IMG/VR virus record: IMGVR_UViG_3300047160_018490
Span: 13,903 to 77,902 of that record
Direction: 5' to 3' (one strand)
From: a virus
Lineage: Duplodnaviria > Caudoviricetes
DNA: 64,000 nucleotides
Both the position numbers and the translations under genes were made by a program. Within the stretch, counting starts at the first letter, position 1. Every line of letters starts with the position of its first letter. Below the pieces are notes generated by a model, which saw only the letters and a list, made by a program, of their open reading frames with translations, was not told the origin of the DNA and did not search any database. Shown here in pieces: positions 8,767 through 18,733 of the stretch.

Positions 8767-10635
8767 TCAAGGGTGCGGTACTGACGCCGCTATTGCCACT
8801 CCTCTTCCTGTGGCCAGTATCTTCGCCTTGTTCTCCGCGATGTATGCCTGCTTTTGCTGTTCCAGCTTCTTGTGCTCCCCAGCCCACCACTTCCCGAAGT
8901 TGTACATGCTCGTCCAGGGGAGCAGACCGCCCGATTTCGCCACAGACGCAGCCGCTTCCTTCGTGCCGATTCCTACACCGCTGGCAACCGCCCAGATCTG
9001 CCTGGCCCAGAGGAAGATTTCATCCAGCTTGGGAATGATACCCTTCACGGAGTGCCAGTTGTTCTTCAGGAAGTTACCAGTGTCCTCCCAGAACTTCGCC
9101 ATCGTGTTGTACAGCTTGAGGGCGTCCTCATCGATCTTCTTCATGTCCAGGGCGATCCTCTTCATCTCACCCTGCCAGGTCATCCTTCCTGGCTCCCGGA
9201 AGGCGGCGAGCTGAAGTTGCTTCCCGTACTCGGAGAGGGAGGTCATGGCAGCAGGTTGAGCCCCAGCGCCCTCCTGGCTGCGAAGATCCCCCCTCCTGTT
9301 GAGCCATGACCATATGCCTGATGCCCTACCACCAAAGACCCCACGCAGGGCAGACACCCACATCATCGTTGCTCGCGCTGCCACCGCCAGCCAGTGAGAG
9401 AGCTGCCGGATAGCATCGATGAGGACCTCACGAATCATGGGTCCCACTTCTCGGAGCATCTCCCGCCACTCCTTACCCATCTGGGCGAAGGCTTGACGGA
9501 ACTCGCTCATGGCCCCTCTTACCTCCTCGGAATCGGGGAGGATGTTGGCCATCGTGTCACCGAGTAGCCGAACCCCTTCCCTCATCATCTCCAGCACGGG
9601 AAGGAAGGTTCTACCGATGACACCCTGGAAGTTGGTGAGGGCCACCTCCCACATATGGAATTGCCCTGGAGAGGCAACCTTCGAGAGGGAGACCATCGTG
9701 GTAGTGATGTCCTCCAGAATCCTGGGCAGGCCAACGATGGAATCGAGCAGGGGGCTGAGGACGGTGCCAATGATGGGAATGGACTCGATGATCTTGGCAG
9801 TGGTTCCCAGCGTCACGTTGAGAGCAGCAAAGCCGATCCCCAGAGGACCCAGGGGGCCCTGTATTGCGTGCAAACTGGTGCTGATGAACTCCAGACCGGA
9901 GCCAACAACCTGGAGGGGAATAGAAGCCAGGCCGGTAAGAGAGGTGGCCAGGTTGCTTACCCAGCCGATGACGACGTTGATCTGCATGGGGGAAATGTGT
10001 GGGAGGACCTTCTTGGCTGCTCCTCCAGCCATTGCGCCTACATCTCCCATCGTCTCCATGAACATCCCTAACCAGCTCTGGGGTTTCTTGCCGCCTTTAC
10101 CTCCTGTAGGCGGGCCACCTCCACCTCCTCCTGCTCCTCCTCCAAAGGGACTTACCAGACCAGCCGCCAGGTAGGCACCCTCTACTTTCAGTCGCTCCTT
10201 GGCAAGGGTCTTCTCCTGGGCAACACGCAGGGCCAGAACATCCGGGTCACGGGCCAGCTTCATGGCGAGAAGCTTCTGCTCCTGCTCGACGGCCATGCCC
10301 ATCATGGCGCCATGCTTGGCCTCCTTGAGGACATCCCCATAGCTCGTCGGCATCGTCCGGGCCTTGGTGGCCTCGGCGGTCTGCTTGGTCTGGAAGATGC
10401 TTCCTAGAGTGGCCTCCTGACGAACCGCAGCCCCCAGAGTGGGATTGAGGACACTGGCGAGGGCGTTGGCTGCCTTCAGTTCGGCCTCCAACTGCTCCCG
10501 GTTACGCCTCTGCTGCTCCCCCTGCTGCCTCTGGAGGGCGAGCGTCTGCTCGTTGACCTTGTAGACCTCCTGAAACTTCTTCAGGAGCTGGTCAACGTCA
10601 GAGTCTATCTTCAGCTTGAGGGGATCGTCTGCCAT
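8767..10635 (-). CDS. tail tape measure protein
   Basis: 622 aa, Ala/Leu/Gly-rich helical protein with hydrophobic segments, directly after the chaperone pair with a frameshift site. Confidence 0.85.
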   Translation of the reverse strand: MADDPLKLKIDSDVDQLLKKFQEVYKVNEQTLALQRQQGEQQRRNREQLEAELKAANALASVLNPTLGAAVRQEATLGSIFQTKQTAEATKARTMPTSYGDVLKEAKHGAMMGMAVEQEQKLLAMKLARDPDVLALRVAQEKTLAKERLKVEGAYLAAGLVSPFGGGAGGGGGGPPTGGKGGKKPQSWLGMFMETMGDVGAMAGGAAKKVLPHISPMQINVVIGWVSNLATSLTGLASIPLQVVGSGLEFISTSLHAIQGPLGPLGIGFAALNVTLGTTAKIIESIPIIGTVLSPLLDSIVGLPRILEDITTTMVSLSKVASPGQFHMWEVALTNFQGVIGRTFLPVLEMMREGVRLLGDTMANILPDSEEVRGAMSEFRQAFAQMGKEWREMLREVGPMIREVLIDAIRQLSHWLAVAARATMMWVSALRGVFGGRASGIWSWLNRRGDLRSQEGAGAQPAAMTSLSEYGKQLQLAAFREPGRMTWQGEMKRIALDMKKIDEDALKLYNTMAKFWEDTGNFLKNNWHSVKGIIPKLDEIFLWARQIWAVASGVGIGTKEAAASVAKSGGLLPWTSMYNFGKWWAGEHKKLEQQKQAYIAENKAKILATGRGVAIAASVPHP

Positions 10636-10655
10636 TTACTGTTCAGGAGTGGAGG

Positions 10656-10994
10656 CTAGTCTTCCTCGTTCAGGACCTTGCCGAACTTGGGGTTTGCCTC
10701 CAGGAACATTTGCCAGGCTTCGTCTGCCTGCTCGAAGGGGGCTTTCTGGTGCCTCTTGGTCTGGTAGAACATTCTCTGGTAGGAGACAGGGTGGGAGACC
10801 ACGCGCATTCCCTCCTCATCCACTTCCACCCCAGGAGGAAGTCCCCTGGGTATGCGGATGAGTGCTCCGTATCTGTTTCGAGGGCGCATGAGGACGTAGC
10901 AGGTGATAAGGGGGTCGAAGCCAGCAACCTGCTCCAGGGTTTTACCGGCATGGAGAAGCTCGGCCACGATCTCCGCTGGCCGGAGGGGAGGCAT
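10656..10994 (-). CDS. tail assembly chaperone, C-terminal (gpT-like) portion
   Basis: Its frame is open upstream to the GGGAAAC site at 11123-11129 (45 codons, no stop), so it can be reached by a -1 frameshift. Confidence 0.75.
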   Translation of the reverse strand: MPPLRPAEIVAELLHAGKTLEQVAGFDPLITCYVLMRPRNRYGALIRIPRGLPPGVEVDEEGMRVVSHPVSYQRMFYQTKRHQKAPFEQADEAWQMFLEANPKFGKVLNEED

Positions 10995-11026
10995 CTCCTC
11001 ATCCTCTTCCTCCTCGAACTCCTCTT

Positions 11027-11668
11027 CTAGTCGTCCATACTCATCGGCTTCCTCGTCTTCGCATCCCTCTTCTGAGTCGTCCTCCCGTTGCCCCCCGAAG
11101 CCTCCTCCTCCGGGGACACCTCGTTTCCCTCCGCCCAGTGAATGGCGAAGGTGCAGGCGCTGGCATTCTCCTTCCAGATTGCACGCACCTGGGAGAGGGT
11201 TACCTTGCGGTCACATCTCCTCAGAAGAAGGTAGACGTAGTAGTGAAGGCCAGGAACATCCGTGCGGGCGCTGCGGCAGTGTTTTCCATCCCAGTTGTAG
11301 TGCCCTGCCCCGCAGTCTCCAATGTAGGTGGAGCGCATCTGGTGCGCCTGCTCAGGGTAGCCTTGAAGGTAGACCTCCTCGATCACTTTCAGGGCGCCAG
11401 CGCGGACCCACTCCTCGAACTGAGCCCGGATGCGGTACTCCAGAGGAGCTACCTTCCACTCCCTGCCCAGGGCGAAGAGAGTGTCTCCGGATTGCCTGTC
11501 CTGAGGAGGGTTTCCTGCATGTTCCCCCAGGACATCAGACCATCCGAGGTTAGGCTCTCCTTCCCCCGGGGGAAGAGATTCCTCCTCTTCCTTCTCATCC
11601 ACAACATCCTGGGCCTCCTTTTCGGCCTCTCGGAGTTGCCTCCTGAGTTCTTCAGTCTCCGCGCTCAT
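11027..11668 (-). CDS. tail assembly chaperone (gpG-like)
   Basis: Lies between the tail tube region and tape measure and contains an in-frame slippery heptamer. Confidence 0.75.
   Translation of the reverse strand: MSAETEELRRQLREAEKEAQDVVDEKEEEESLPPGEGEPNLGWSDVLGEHAGNPPQDRQSGDTLFALGREWKVAPLEYRIRAQFEEWVRAGALKVIEEVYLQGYPEQAHQMRSTYIGDCGAGHYNWDGKHCRSARTDVPGLHYYVYLLLRRCDRKVTLSQVRAIWKENASACTFAIHWAEGNEVSPEEEASGGNGRTTQKRDAKTRKPMSMDD
11123..11129 (-). promoter_or_regulatory. programmed -1 ribosomal frameshift heptamer G GGA AAC
   Basis: The minus strand reads GAG GGA AAC in the gpG frame, the canonical X XXY YYZ phase. A -1 slip gives GGG AAA CGA..., in frame with ATG 10994. Confidence 0.8.
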
Positions 11669-12330
11669 GCGCTGCTCCTTTCTTCTGTGCTCGGCTTCGG
11701 GAGTCTCCTCCCATCAGGTCTTGCATCCGTATCCAGGTCCTGGATGACTTCTCCTCTGGGGTCCAGAAGGCGTGGAGGGGTGTAGCAGGAGGCACAGTAG
11801 TACCTTCTTCCAACCATTGCCCCCCTCAGGTAGAGGACCTTTCCCTTTCTGTCTCCCCATACTCCTGATGGTTTACTTCCAAGTTCAGGAGTCACGTCTA
11901 CTTCATCGCTTACCGCCCAGGTGGCCAGGCGGGAGCACTTGCAGCACTTCCGATCCAGGAGAGGGTTCTGAATCCTCTCTACCTTCATTCGGTTACGCTG
12001 ACCTCTCTCCTTGGCTCTGCAAGCTACACAGAGGTCATCTCCAGGCAGGGTGAGGGGCGAGGGGCAAAGGGCACACCTCGGGGCACCCATCGTGATCTTC
12101 AGGTGTCCTTTTCTTCCTTTATCTTCTCGCGGGATGAAGCGAAACCTCCCCTTCGCTCGATAGGTGAGGAAGTTGCCGTTGAGGTCTGGGATTTCTTCTC
12201 CCAGGGCGTTCACCTGGTAGGCTTCCAGTTCCCCTGTGTCTGTGTTGAGCCAGATGACCTTCGGCACTTTCTTGCCGGTGTCCAGGTCGATCACGGTGCC
12301 ACGGAATCCAGACTGAACGTGCAGGAGCAT
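11665..12330 (-). CDS. hypothetical Zn-finger-like protein
   Basis: CALC...CVAC and CCKC...CASC pairs; inserted between tube and chaperone genes. Confidence 0.6.
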   Translation of the reverse strand: MLLHVQSGFRGTVIDLDTGKKVPKVIWLNTDTGELEAYQVNALGEEIPDLNGNFLTYRAKGRFRFIPREDKGRKGHLKITMGAPRCALCPSPLTLPGDDLCVACRAKERGQRNRMKVERIQNPLLDRKCCKCSRLATWAVSDEVDVTPELGSKPSGVWGDRKGKVLYLRGAMVGRRYYCASCYTPPRLLDPRGEVIQDLDTDARPDGRRLPKPSTEERSSA

Positions 12331-12338
12331 CGCCCCAC

Positions 12339-12776
12339 CTAGACAGAGCCCGTGGGGACGGTGAAGGGACCCTGGCTCATGCCACCACAGTCAAAGGCCA
12401 CCTTGCCCTTCACTTCTGCACCGTTGCTGGCCGAACGCAGGCGGACGAAGGGGAAGGCCCAGAACACGTTATCGAGTCTGGAGGTGTAATGGGTGACTCC
12501 GGCCAGGTCATCACGGGGGAAGAGGCCGGGTGGGGCGTTGAGTGGGTTGAGGCCGGCGTCCCAGTCGCCACCAAAGTGCGTATCACACCCAAGGGCGCCC
12601 AGGATGCCTTCATCATAGGACTGCCCGGAGATGACGTTGTAGCTCTCGAAGTTGAGGGTGGGCTGTTCGTCCCCCTTCAGATCGTTCTTCCATGAGGCGT
12701 AGGTCAGAACCTGTGCCCCCACGAGAATGCGGGCGGTCTTACCGCTGCGCTGCTTCCCAGTTCCGATTAACTGCAT
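12339..12776 (-). CDS. major tail tube protein
   Basis: 145 aa beta-rich protein (SGKTARILVG...ASW...FES...EVKGKVAFDCGG) upstream of the chaperone/TMP genes; no sheath gene seen. Confidence 0.65.
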   Translation of the reverse strand: MQLIGTGKQRSGKTARILVGAQVLTYASWKNDLKGDEQPTLNFESYNVISGQSYDEGILGALGCDTHFGGDWDAGLNPLNAPPGLFPRDDLAGVTHYTSRLDNVFWAFPFVRLRSASNGAEVKGKVAFDCGGMSQGPFTVPTGSV

Positions 12777-12788
12777 TTTACACCTCTC

Positions 12789-13601
12789 TTATGTAGTTGC
12801 CGCCACCAGGTCTATTTCCACCGTGGCTGCATTGAGGGGGTCATTGTTTACAATGAGGATCTGCCTGGAGACTGGAGTAATGGGGCAATACCCGGTGCCC
12901 TGCGGGTCTGCATCCAGGCACATATGCACCCCACCCATCTGAAGAAGGAACTGCCCAATCACCACACTGGGCACGGTGGCACCCGAGTATGCCTTCCCCC
13001 CCGCAAGAAGGGTAGCCGTGGTAGGGACTCCTGAAGCATTGGTGGTAATGGCAACCACGCACCCGGAGCCGTACTGCTGGCAGGGTGCCACCAAGAAGGT
13101 ACTGGAAGGAGAGTAGCCGCTGCCCGCTACCCCGATGGCCACCCCGGTAACCGCACCTGCGCCCACTGTGAGGACGAGGGTGAGGCCAGTGCCTCCGTTC
13201 CCAAAATCGAGCTGGGCTGGCATGGACGCCAGATTGTTTGTGATGGCTACCGTGGTGCCAGGGTCAGGAGCTGGTACGATGTTGGGATTGTTCGTGGCGG
13301 AGAGGAGGCGGAACAGGAAGCTCTTGAGGCGAGCAACTACGACTCCTATTTGTCCTAGAAGATCACCCATCGAGTATAGATCCACTGTGGCTTGACCACC
13401 AGATGCAATGCTGACCTGGAAGGAAAAGACCTCGTCGGCGCCAAGGGTTGTTGTGTTCGCCTTCTGGGTTCCGAAGACATACTGTGTCTGAAGAGTAGTA
13501 GCCTCTACAGTAGGCTGGAGGAGTCCACCCGGTTGGGCAAGTTGCACCTGCCAACCGATGGTGGCTGTAACCGTTGCATTAACGCTGGTGGCACCGGGCA
13601 T
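12789..13601 (-). CDS. virion structural protein (tail/neck associated)
   Basis: Thr/Gly/Val-rich 270 aa ORF within the neck-tail cluster. Confidence 0.5.
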   Translation of the reverse strand: MPGATSVNATVTATIGWQVQLAQPGGLLQPTVEATTLQTQYVFGTQKANTTTLGADEVFSFQVSIASGGQATVDLYSMGDLLGQIGVVVARLKSFLFRLLSATNNPNIVPAPDPGTTVAITNNLASMPAQLDFGNGGTGLTLVLTVGAGAVTGVAIGVAGSGYSPSSTFLVAPCQQYGSGCVVAITTNASGVPTTATLLAGGKAYSGATVPSVVIGQFLLQMGGVHMCLDADPQGTGYCPITPVSRQILIVNNDPLNAATVEIDLVAATT

Positions 13602-13603
13602 GG

Positions 13604-14050
13604 TTACCCCTGGGTGGCTTCCTTGGGGTGGTTGAGAGTGAAGCTGTGTGGGGTCTGCCCATCCGGGTCGAAGGAAAGACCCCGATAGAGGAGCGTAACC
13701 CCTGGTACATTCGAGCGGACCTTCAGGTCACAGGTTCCATCTGGGTTCACCTCATCGATTACGGCCTCCAGGAGCCGCTGCGGCCTCAGGTAGGAGATCT
13801 TCTTGAGTTCCTCGCCTGGGATAGGGCTTTTACGGATGGCTTCCAGGTAACGTTCCAGGTCCAGGCCCTCCAGCTCATGAACACTTTCGAGGATATGGAC
13901 CTTTCCCTTCGTAACCTTGGTGTGAGTAACCGTGACACCTATTGCCCAGGGCCTGACCCCTCTCGCGTCCTTCTCGTGAGCATGGCAGAGGTGCGGCACG
14001 TAGAAGACCTTGTCTCCCTCTTTCAGGGCCACTTTAAGTTCTTCAGGCAT
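13604..14050 (-). CDS. hypothetical protein
   Basis: 148 aa ORF tightly packed in the operon. Confidence 0.55.
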   Translation of the reverse strand: MPEELKVALKEGDKVFYVPHLCHAHEKDARGVRPWAIGVTVTHTKVTKGKVHILESVHELEGLDLERYLEAIRKSPIPGEELKKISYLRPQRLLEAVIDEVNPDGTCDLKVRSNVPGVTLLYRGLSFDPDGQTPHSFTLNHPKEATQG

Positions 14051-14053
14051 CTT

Positions 14054-14554
14054 TTATAGGCTCACCAGGGCGCCGTGGAGGTCCACCTTGTAGTCCAGGT
14101 CGGCTCGGTAGAGGAACTCCCCCTGGGCGGTACGTACCCCCTCCTCCTGAATAGAGCACCAGCGCTGGAGGTACATGGAGATCACGTAGTTCGGGTTGGA
14201 GGAGTCTCCTCCCATGAATTTAGAGATGGCTACCCAGTTGCTTGCCTGCTTCAGGAGTGCCCGTATACTCAGACCCAGTGATTCTACCTGGGAGCGGGAA
14301 GAGCCGTAAACCTGGATGAGGATGGTCCCATCATCATCAAAGGGGTCTTCCGTAGTGTCATTGGAGGTGAAGCCACCCTCCGGCATCTTCACGACGATAA
14401 CGGGCCAGGTAGCAGGGAACTTCCCTCCCGATGTAGAGAGGGGATTGATGGGGTTGCCTTGCATGTCATACCTTGGCACCTCCCCATCCCAGCAGGAGGC
14501 TTTGAGCTGCGGCCCAATGAACTTGACCAGGGCCCCGATGATGGGGAGGCACAT
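14054..14554 (-). CDS. tail terminator / tail completion protein
   Basis: Fourth gene of the head-tail joining set; WPVIVV...ILIQVYGSSRSQVESLGLSIRALL...YRADLDY pattern. Confidence 0.65.
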   Translation of the reverse strand: MCLPIIGALVKFIGPQLKASCWDGEVPRYDMQGNPINPLSTSGGKFPATWPVIVVKMPEGGFTSNDTTEDPFDDDGTILIQVYGSSRSQVESLGLSIRALLKQASNWVAISKFMGGDSSNPNYVISMYLQRWCSIQEEGVRTAQGEFLYRADLDYKVDLHGALVSL

Positions 14555-14556
14555 CC

Positions 14557-15039
14557 TTACTTTGCCTCCAGGACCGCATGGACCTTCCTGCCCAGAATCC
14601 TTTTTATCTCCCCAGCGTACTCCTTGAAGACTGGTCCCACAAAGGGGTGCTGCCCACTCCCGGGTTGCCCGTGGTTCACGCTTTCATGATATACAGGATA
14701 GGCAAAGCCCTGAGGGTACTTCCTCGTGGGGGCGCTTCTGGCATCGCTCATGACGAGGATATGGTCTCCCACCACGCGGTAACGTACTCCTGCGCGGGCG
14801 GCTCCTGTAACCCTTCTGAGGGGGGCGCCAGGGATGGCGGTAGAGAGGGCCCCCCTGTTGAGAGGGGCAGGTGTGCTCATCTTCTGCTTCACCTTCTCGA
14901 CCAGAAAGCGGCCCACTTCATCCAGAGCGATGGCCTTGCCGAAGCCCAGTCTCCTCTGGACCTTGGAAACGAAGCGCCAGGCCCAATCTCCGAGTCCATA
15001 AGTGTTCATTGAGAACCTGGCTCCTGGATCACCTCGCAA
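14557..15039 (-). CDS. neck protein (HK97 gp10-like)
   Basis: Basic protein with AYPVYHE..HG and HPFVGP motifs, in the canonical position. Confidence 0.65.
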   Translation of the reverse strand: MRGDPGARFSMNTYGLGDWAWRFVSKVQRRLGFGKAIALDEVGRFLVEKVKQKMSTPAPLNRGALSTAIPGAPLRRVTGAARAGVRYRVVGDHILVMSDARSAPTRKYPQGFAYPVYHESVNHGQPGSGQHPFVGPVFKEYAGEIKRILGRKVHAVLEAK

Positions 15040-15383
15040 TCCAGCGTCCAGGCCACCGCCCTCCCCAGAGGCTGATGCACTCCACGCACCAGGTAGGTCC
15101 TCTGAATGCCCGAGCGGTCGGTGGCCTTGAAGATGTCATTCACTTCAGCGCGAGGGTTTCTATCGAAGGCTATCCTGGTGTTTACGATCACGTTCCGCTG
15201 GGCGTATAGCTCCTGGACTCTCACCCCTGCTTGGGAGATGGAGCAGGGGATGTTTTGTACCATCACCGCCAGTTGAGGAGGAATGGGCACGAAGGGGTCC
15301 TGGGTGGTGCCTCCCGAGGAGTCCTGCCCGATGGTGGCTCTGTAGAGAGTTCCGAAACTCTCCATCATGGTGGCAAAGGACAT
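15006..15383 (-). CDS. head closure / stopper protein (SPP1 gp16-like)
   Basis: LYRATIGQDSSGG...IPCSIS...TRIAF...VNDIF...YLVRGV pattern, directly after the adaptor. Confidence 0.7.
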   Translation of the reverse strand: MSFATMMESFGTLYRATIGQDSSGGTTQDPFVPIPPQLAVMVQNIPCSISQAGVRVQELYAQRNVIVNTRIAFDRNPRAEVNDIFKATDRSGIQRTYLVRGVHQPLGRAVAWTLDCEVIQEPGSQ

Positions 15384-15419
15384 GCTACCTCAGCATGGAT
15401 GCTTGTAGGGCAGGAAGCC

Positions 15420-16367
15420 CTACCAGCTCGGCTCCCTGTAGCGGGCCAAGATTCTACAGATGCTTCCTATCTCCGGGATGGCCTCTCCTTGCCCAAGGAC
15501 GCTGTAGGAGTACCCTCCCAGGCTCTCAGAGGCCAGAGGGGCTCCCGCGGGGTTGTTGCGAGCCATCCAGGCCACCAGTTGCTTGCAGGCGTTCTGGAGG
15601 GGCAGGGGGATCTTCCCCAGTTGATGCCCAGCGGAATAGAGAACTTTGAGGTTGCCATCCCCTCTAGGCCACATGGGAAGCCTGTAGGCACCCAGCTTCC
15701 CACTGTAGAAGTTTTCAGGATAGAAACCGACGAAGCCGGCTCCGCTCCCTCCAATGCGCCTCAGGAGTCCCCTTTCAGAGATTTTCCCTTGCGAGTCATC
15801 GGTGTCTACTACCACCTGCACTCCCAGTACCAGGAGGGTTCCCGGAGCGAAGGCAGAGGGCGCCTGTCCCCAGTAGCCGCCTGGGTCGAAGAACACACAC
15901 GGAGAGAAGCAGTTATTCAGCCCTGTGGCACTGCTCAGGGTGCCTGTGCCTCCAGAGCAGCCAGTAAAAGAGGTAGCGGTAGTGCCCGTGTAGGTGATGA
16001 CCGAGTAGGTGCTCACCCCTGTCTGGAGGGCCACCGAGGGCAATGCCTGAGAGGGATCACTCCCAGTGCCCTGGTGGAAGCCGGAGGTGCTTACCACGTT
16101 CACCGTGGCTTGGGGAAGCACAGCTCCATTGCTTCCTGCGGCTACCTGAGTATTCCCCACCAGGCAAGGCCACTGGCGGAGGATAATATCCCGGGTCTGA
16201 TCCCCTGAGTGAAACTCCGTGTAGGCGGAAAGCTCCAGGGCGCGTTTGCACCATAGCTTGATGCCTGCGTCTGCCTCGCCAAGGAGGTCATTCAACCAGG
16301 CAAGGGGAATGGCAGCCTGGTTCTGGAGACCAGGCATGTTCAGGACTTGCTCGATGGTGCAGAGCAC
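15420..16367 (-). CDS. head-tail adaptor (HK97 gp6/SPP1 gp15-like) with an inserted beta domain
   Basis: N-terminal LCTIEQV...WCKRAL and C-terminal IPLPLQNACKQLVAW...SESLGGYSYS...ILARYR, flanking a Thr/Gly-rich insert. Confidence 0.75.
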   Translation of the reverse strand: MLCTIEQVLNMPGLQNQAAIPLAWLNDLLGEADAGIKLWCKRALELSAYTEFHSGDQTRDIILRQWPCLVGNTQVAAGSNGAVLPQATVNVVSTSGFHQGTGSDPSQALPSVALQTGVSTYSVITYTGTTATSFTGCSGGTGTLSSATGLNNCFSPCVFFDPGGYWGQAPSAFAPGTLLVLGVQVVVDTDDSQGKISERGLLRRIGGSGAGFVGFYPENFYSGKLGAYRLPMWPRGDGNLKVLYSAGHQLGKIPLPLQNACKQLVAWMARNNPAGAPLASESLGGYSYSVLGQGEAIPEIGSICRILARYREPSW

Positions 16368-16370
16368 GCC

Positions 16371-16937
16371 TTAGGCTGCCTCCTCTTCCCCTTCCATCCC
16401 TGGAAGCCTACATGCCGCCAGAGCGTCTGCCAGGCGTGCCTGAATCCACCTCGCGTTCTCAGGCCGGTCAGAGAGAGGCTTCTGGGCCAGGTTCCTCACG
16501 ACCTCGCACAACTGGGAGTGCGTGAGGTGGAGGACATCATACTTCTTCCCCAGGGTGGCGAGCTGCTCCAGGGGAGTGGGGTCTCTCTGCCCCTCCTCCA
16601 GATCGCGCTGCCTCTGCACCAGGACCGCCTCCTCCATTGAGAGGTCCCATGATACAGGCGGTGCATGGAACTGATGCACCACCTCCTTGCCGCCTCCTAC
16701 AGTAGGAAGCTCCACCGCAGGGCGCATCTCCGCCCGCACAGAACCCTTCCCCCTTGGGTCAGCCCAGCGAGAACCTCCCGTCCCGTTGAAGGAAACCATC
16801 TCCCAGCCGTGGGCTGTGAGGTAGCTCTTCCCCTCCTCGAACCAGTTCGGAGCCAGAAGGGGTGGTCCCACAGGGGGAGCAGGAGCCACCACAGGGGGCG
16901 CTTCAGATGTGTCTACGGTCTCGATTGTCTTTGGCAT
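16371..16937 (-). CDS. hypothetical protein
   Basis: Probable start MPKTIE at 16937 with GGAG upstream; Pro-rich N-terminus and coiled-coil C-terminus. Confidence 0.55.
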   Translation of the reverse strand: MPKTIETVDTSEAPPVVAPAPPVGPPLLAPNWFEEGKSYLTAHGWEMVSFNGTGGSRWADPRGKGSVRAEMRPAVELPTVGGGKEVVHQFHAPPVSWDLSMEEAVLVQRQRDLEEGQRDPTPLEQLATLGKKYDVLHLTHSQLCEVVRNLAQKPLSDRPENARWIQARLADALAACRLPGMEGEEEAA

Positions 16938-17071
16938 CTCTTCTCCAACCTTCACACATGAGGTCTGTATCAGCGTCACCCCTGAGGCAGGCACTCTCGT
17001 AGCAGAGCATGGTGCAGGGGTCACCAGGCTCCAGGGCTTCCTTGGGAACCCCATCCTTGAAGGGGCAATCC

Positions 17072-18733
17072 TTACACGCTTCCGGCCGCGAGAACACGGT
17101 CATAGCGCCCGTTCTCCTCTACAGAATACCCGATAGCAGCGAGGGTGCCCACCTGCCTGAGGAGGCGGAAACCACCCTTATCAAGGAACTCCCCCACTGC
17201 CTCGGTGACGCCCCTGTTTTCCTGAGAGGTGGAGAGGTAGTCATGCACCACGATGATGCCTCCTGCACCCAGCCGGCGGGCGCTCTGCTCCAGGTCATGC
17301 ATGACATCTGCTCTCTCATGGGAGCCATCAATGAAGATGACATCGAACTCATCACCGAGGTTTTCCTCCTCCATCTCCCTGAAGAAGTCCTGGGAGGTGC
17401 CCCGGTAGATCCTCACTTTCACCTCGTGGCGGTTGAGATTGCTGCAAAACTCCTCGAAGGTATCTCGGGGGGAAGAAGTACCCCTACCATCAAAGGGGTC
17501 CACGCAAGTGACCCTCTTCGCCACTCGCCCTATCCACACAGTGGAGAGGCCCAGGTAGGAGCCGATCTCCAATACCTCCTTTCCCTCCGCAAGGGTGGTG
17601 AGGAAGCGTCCCTCGGTGTCTGTAAGCCACCCGAAGACGTTGTCTGGGGGCGTGTAGGAGTCCCTCCTCAGGGGGCGCTGTACGGTGCCACCAAAGCGTG
17701 GGCCATCCGCACTCCCGATGGGATGAGGCTGCGTGGGGATGGGGCTTTGAGAGGGTGGAGGCGGGAGGACGACACTGCGGGCGAGGAGAGCACTCTGGGG
17801 TTCAGGAGTCGTTACACTCCTCTGGCCTTCAGGAGTCACCACAGTTTCCTTCTTCACCTCTCCAGGGATGATGGGCTCGTCCGGAGGAGGTGCAGCAGAG
17901 AGGATGTTCTTCCCCTTGTGCTTCACTACCAGGTTGCCATCCTGCTTCATGTCCCCCCAGGGGTGGTTGTTGGGATAGGGGAGAATACCCACATGAGAGA
18001 CCACTACTCTCCTGGAAGCGGCCACCACAGCCCCAGCCCTCTGGATCTGCCTGGAGAAGTTCCAGTCCTCGGGGTCTACCTCCGAGGACCACTCCCCAGG
18101 AGGGAGAAGGTCTCTCTCAGCCAGCCTGGCAGCCTCTTCCTGGAGGAGCCTTCTCCCATCAGGGAGGCGGTAAACGATCCTGTCGTTGATCTCGAAGTGC
18201 CCTCTGAAACGCCAGGGGCGAGTGAAGTGGCATACCCAGCAGCCTGTGTTCACTAGCAGCATCCTGTCCGGATAGGAAGTATCCTTGGCCATGAAGACAG
18301 AAGGAAGATAGAAAACCTCCTCCATTGTGAGCCTTCTCTCCACGCAGAAGGGGTCGCTGGGGTCGTCAATGGCGGTACTTACCAGACCTCTCTGGTCCTT
18401 GATGGGGATGCAGGCACTCACGAGATCTGCTCCGGAATCTCTCAGGTCTTCCAGGAGGGTAGCCAGCCACCCATCGAGAGGCACCACGTCATCATGCAAC
18501 ATCGCAAAGTGAGTGATGTCCCTCCCGTGCTTCTGGTAGTTGAGGGCACCGCACCACGCCTGGTTGAAGGTGTTGGCAAGGAGGCTCCCACCAAAGGAGG
18601 ACATATCCAGTCTTCCCGAGATGGCATGACCAGGAGGGAGAGGGGAATAGAGGAACGCTCTGTGGCTCTCCGGGCGCCCATTCCCGTAAGTGGGCTGGAA
18701 GCAGAAGACCCTTCCTACCTGCATCGTTGCCAT
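17072..18733 (-). CDS. GT-A-like glycosyltransferase domain fused to a class I SAM methyltransferase
   Basis: N-terminal THFAMLHDDVVP and EDWNFSRQI..VSHVG. Pro-rich linker. C-terminal VLEIGSYLGLST, CVDPF, FDVIFIDGSH and IIVVHDY. Confidence 0.8.
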   Translation of the reverse strand: MATMQVGRVFCFQPTYGNGRPESHRAFLYSPLPPGHAISGRLDMSSFGGSLLANTFNQAWCGALNYQKHGRDITHFAMLHDDVVPLDGWLATLLEDLRDSGADLVSACIPIKDQRGLVSTAIDDPSDPFCVERRLTMEEVFYLPSVFMAKDTSYPDRMLLVNTGCWVCHFTRPWRFRGHFEINDRIVYRLPDGRRLLQEEAARLAERDLLPPGEWSSEVDPEDWNFSRQIQRAGAVVAASRRVVVSHVGILPYPNNHPWGDMKQDGNLVVKHKGKNILSAAPPPDEPIIPGEVKKETVVTPEGQRSVTTPEPQSALLARSVVLPPPPSQSPIPTQPHPIGSADGPRFGGTVQRPLRRDSYTPPDNVFGWLTDTEGRFLTTLAEGKEVLEIGSYLGLSTVWIGRVAKRVTCVDPFDGRGTSSPRDTFEEFCSNLNRHEVKVRIYRGTSQDFFREMEEENLGDEFDVIFIDGSHERADVMHDLEQSARRLGAGGIIVVHDYLSTSQENRGVTEAVGEFLDKGGFRLLRQVGTLAAIGYSVEENGRYDRVLAAGSV

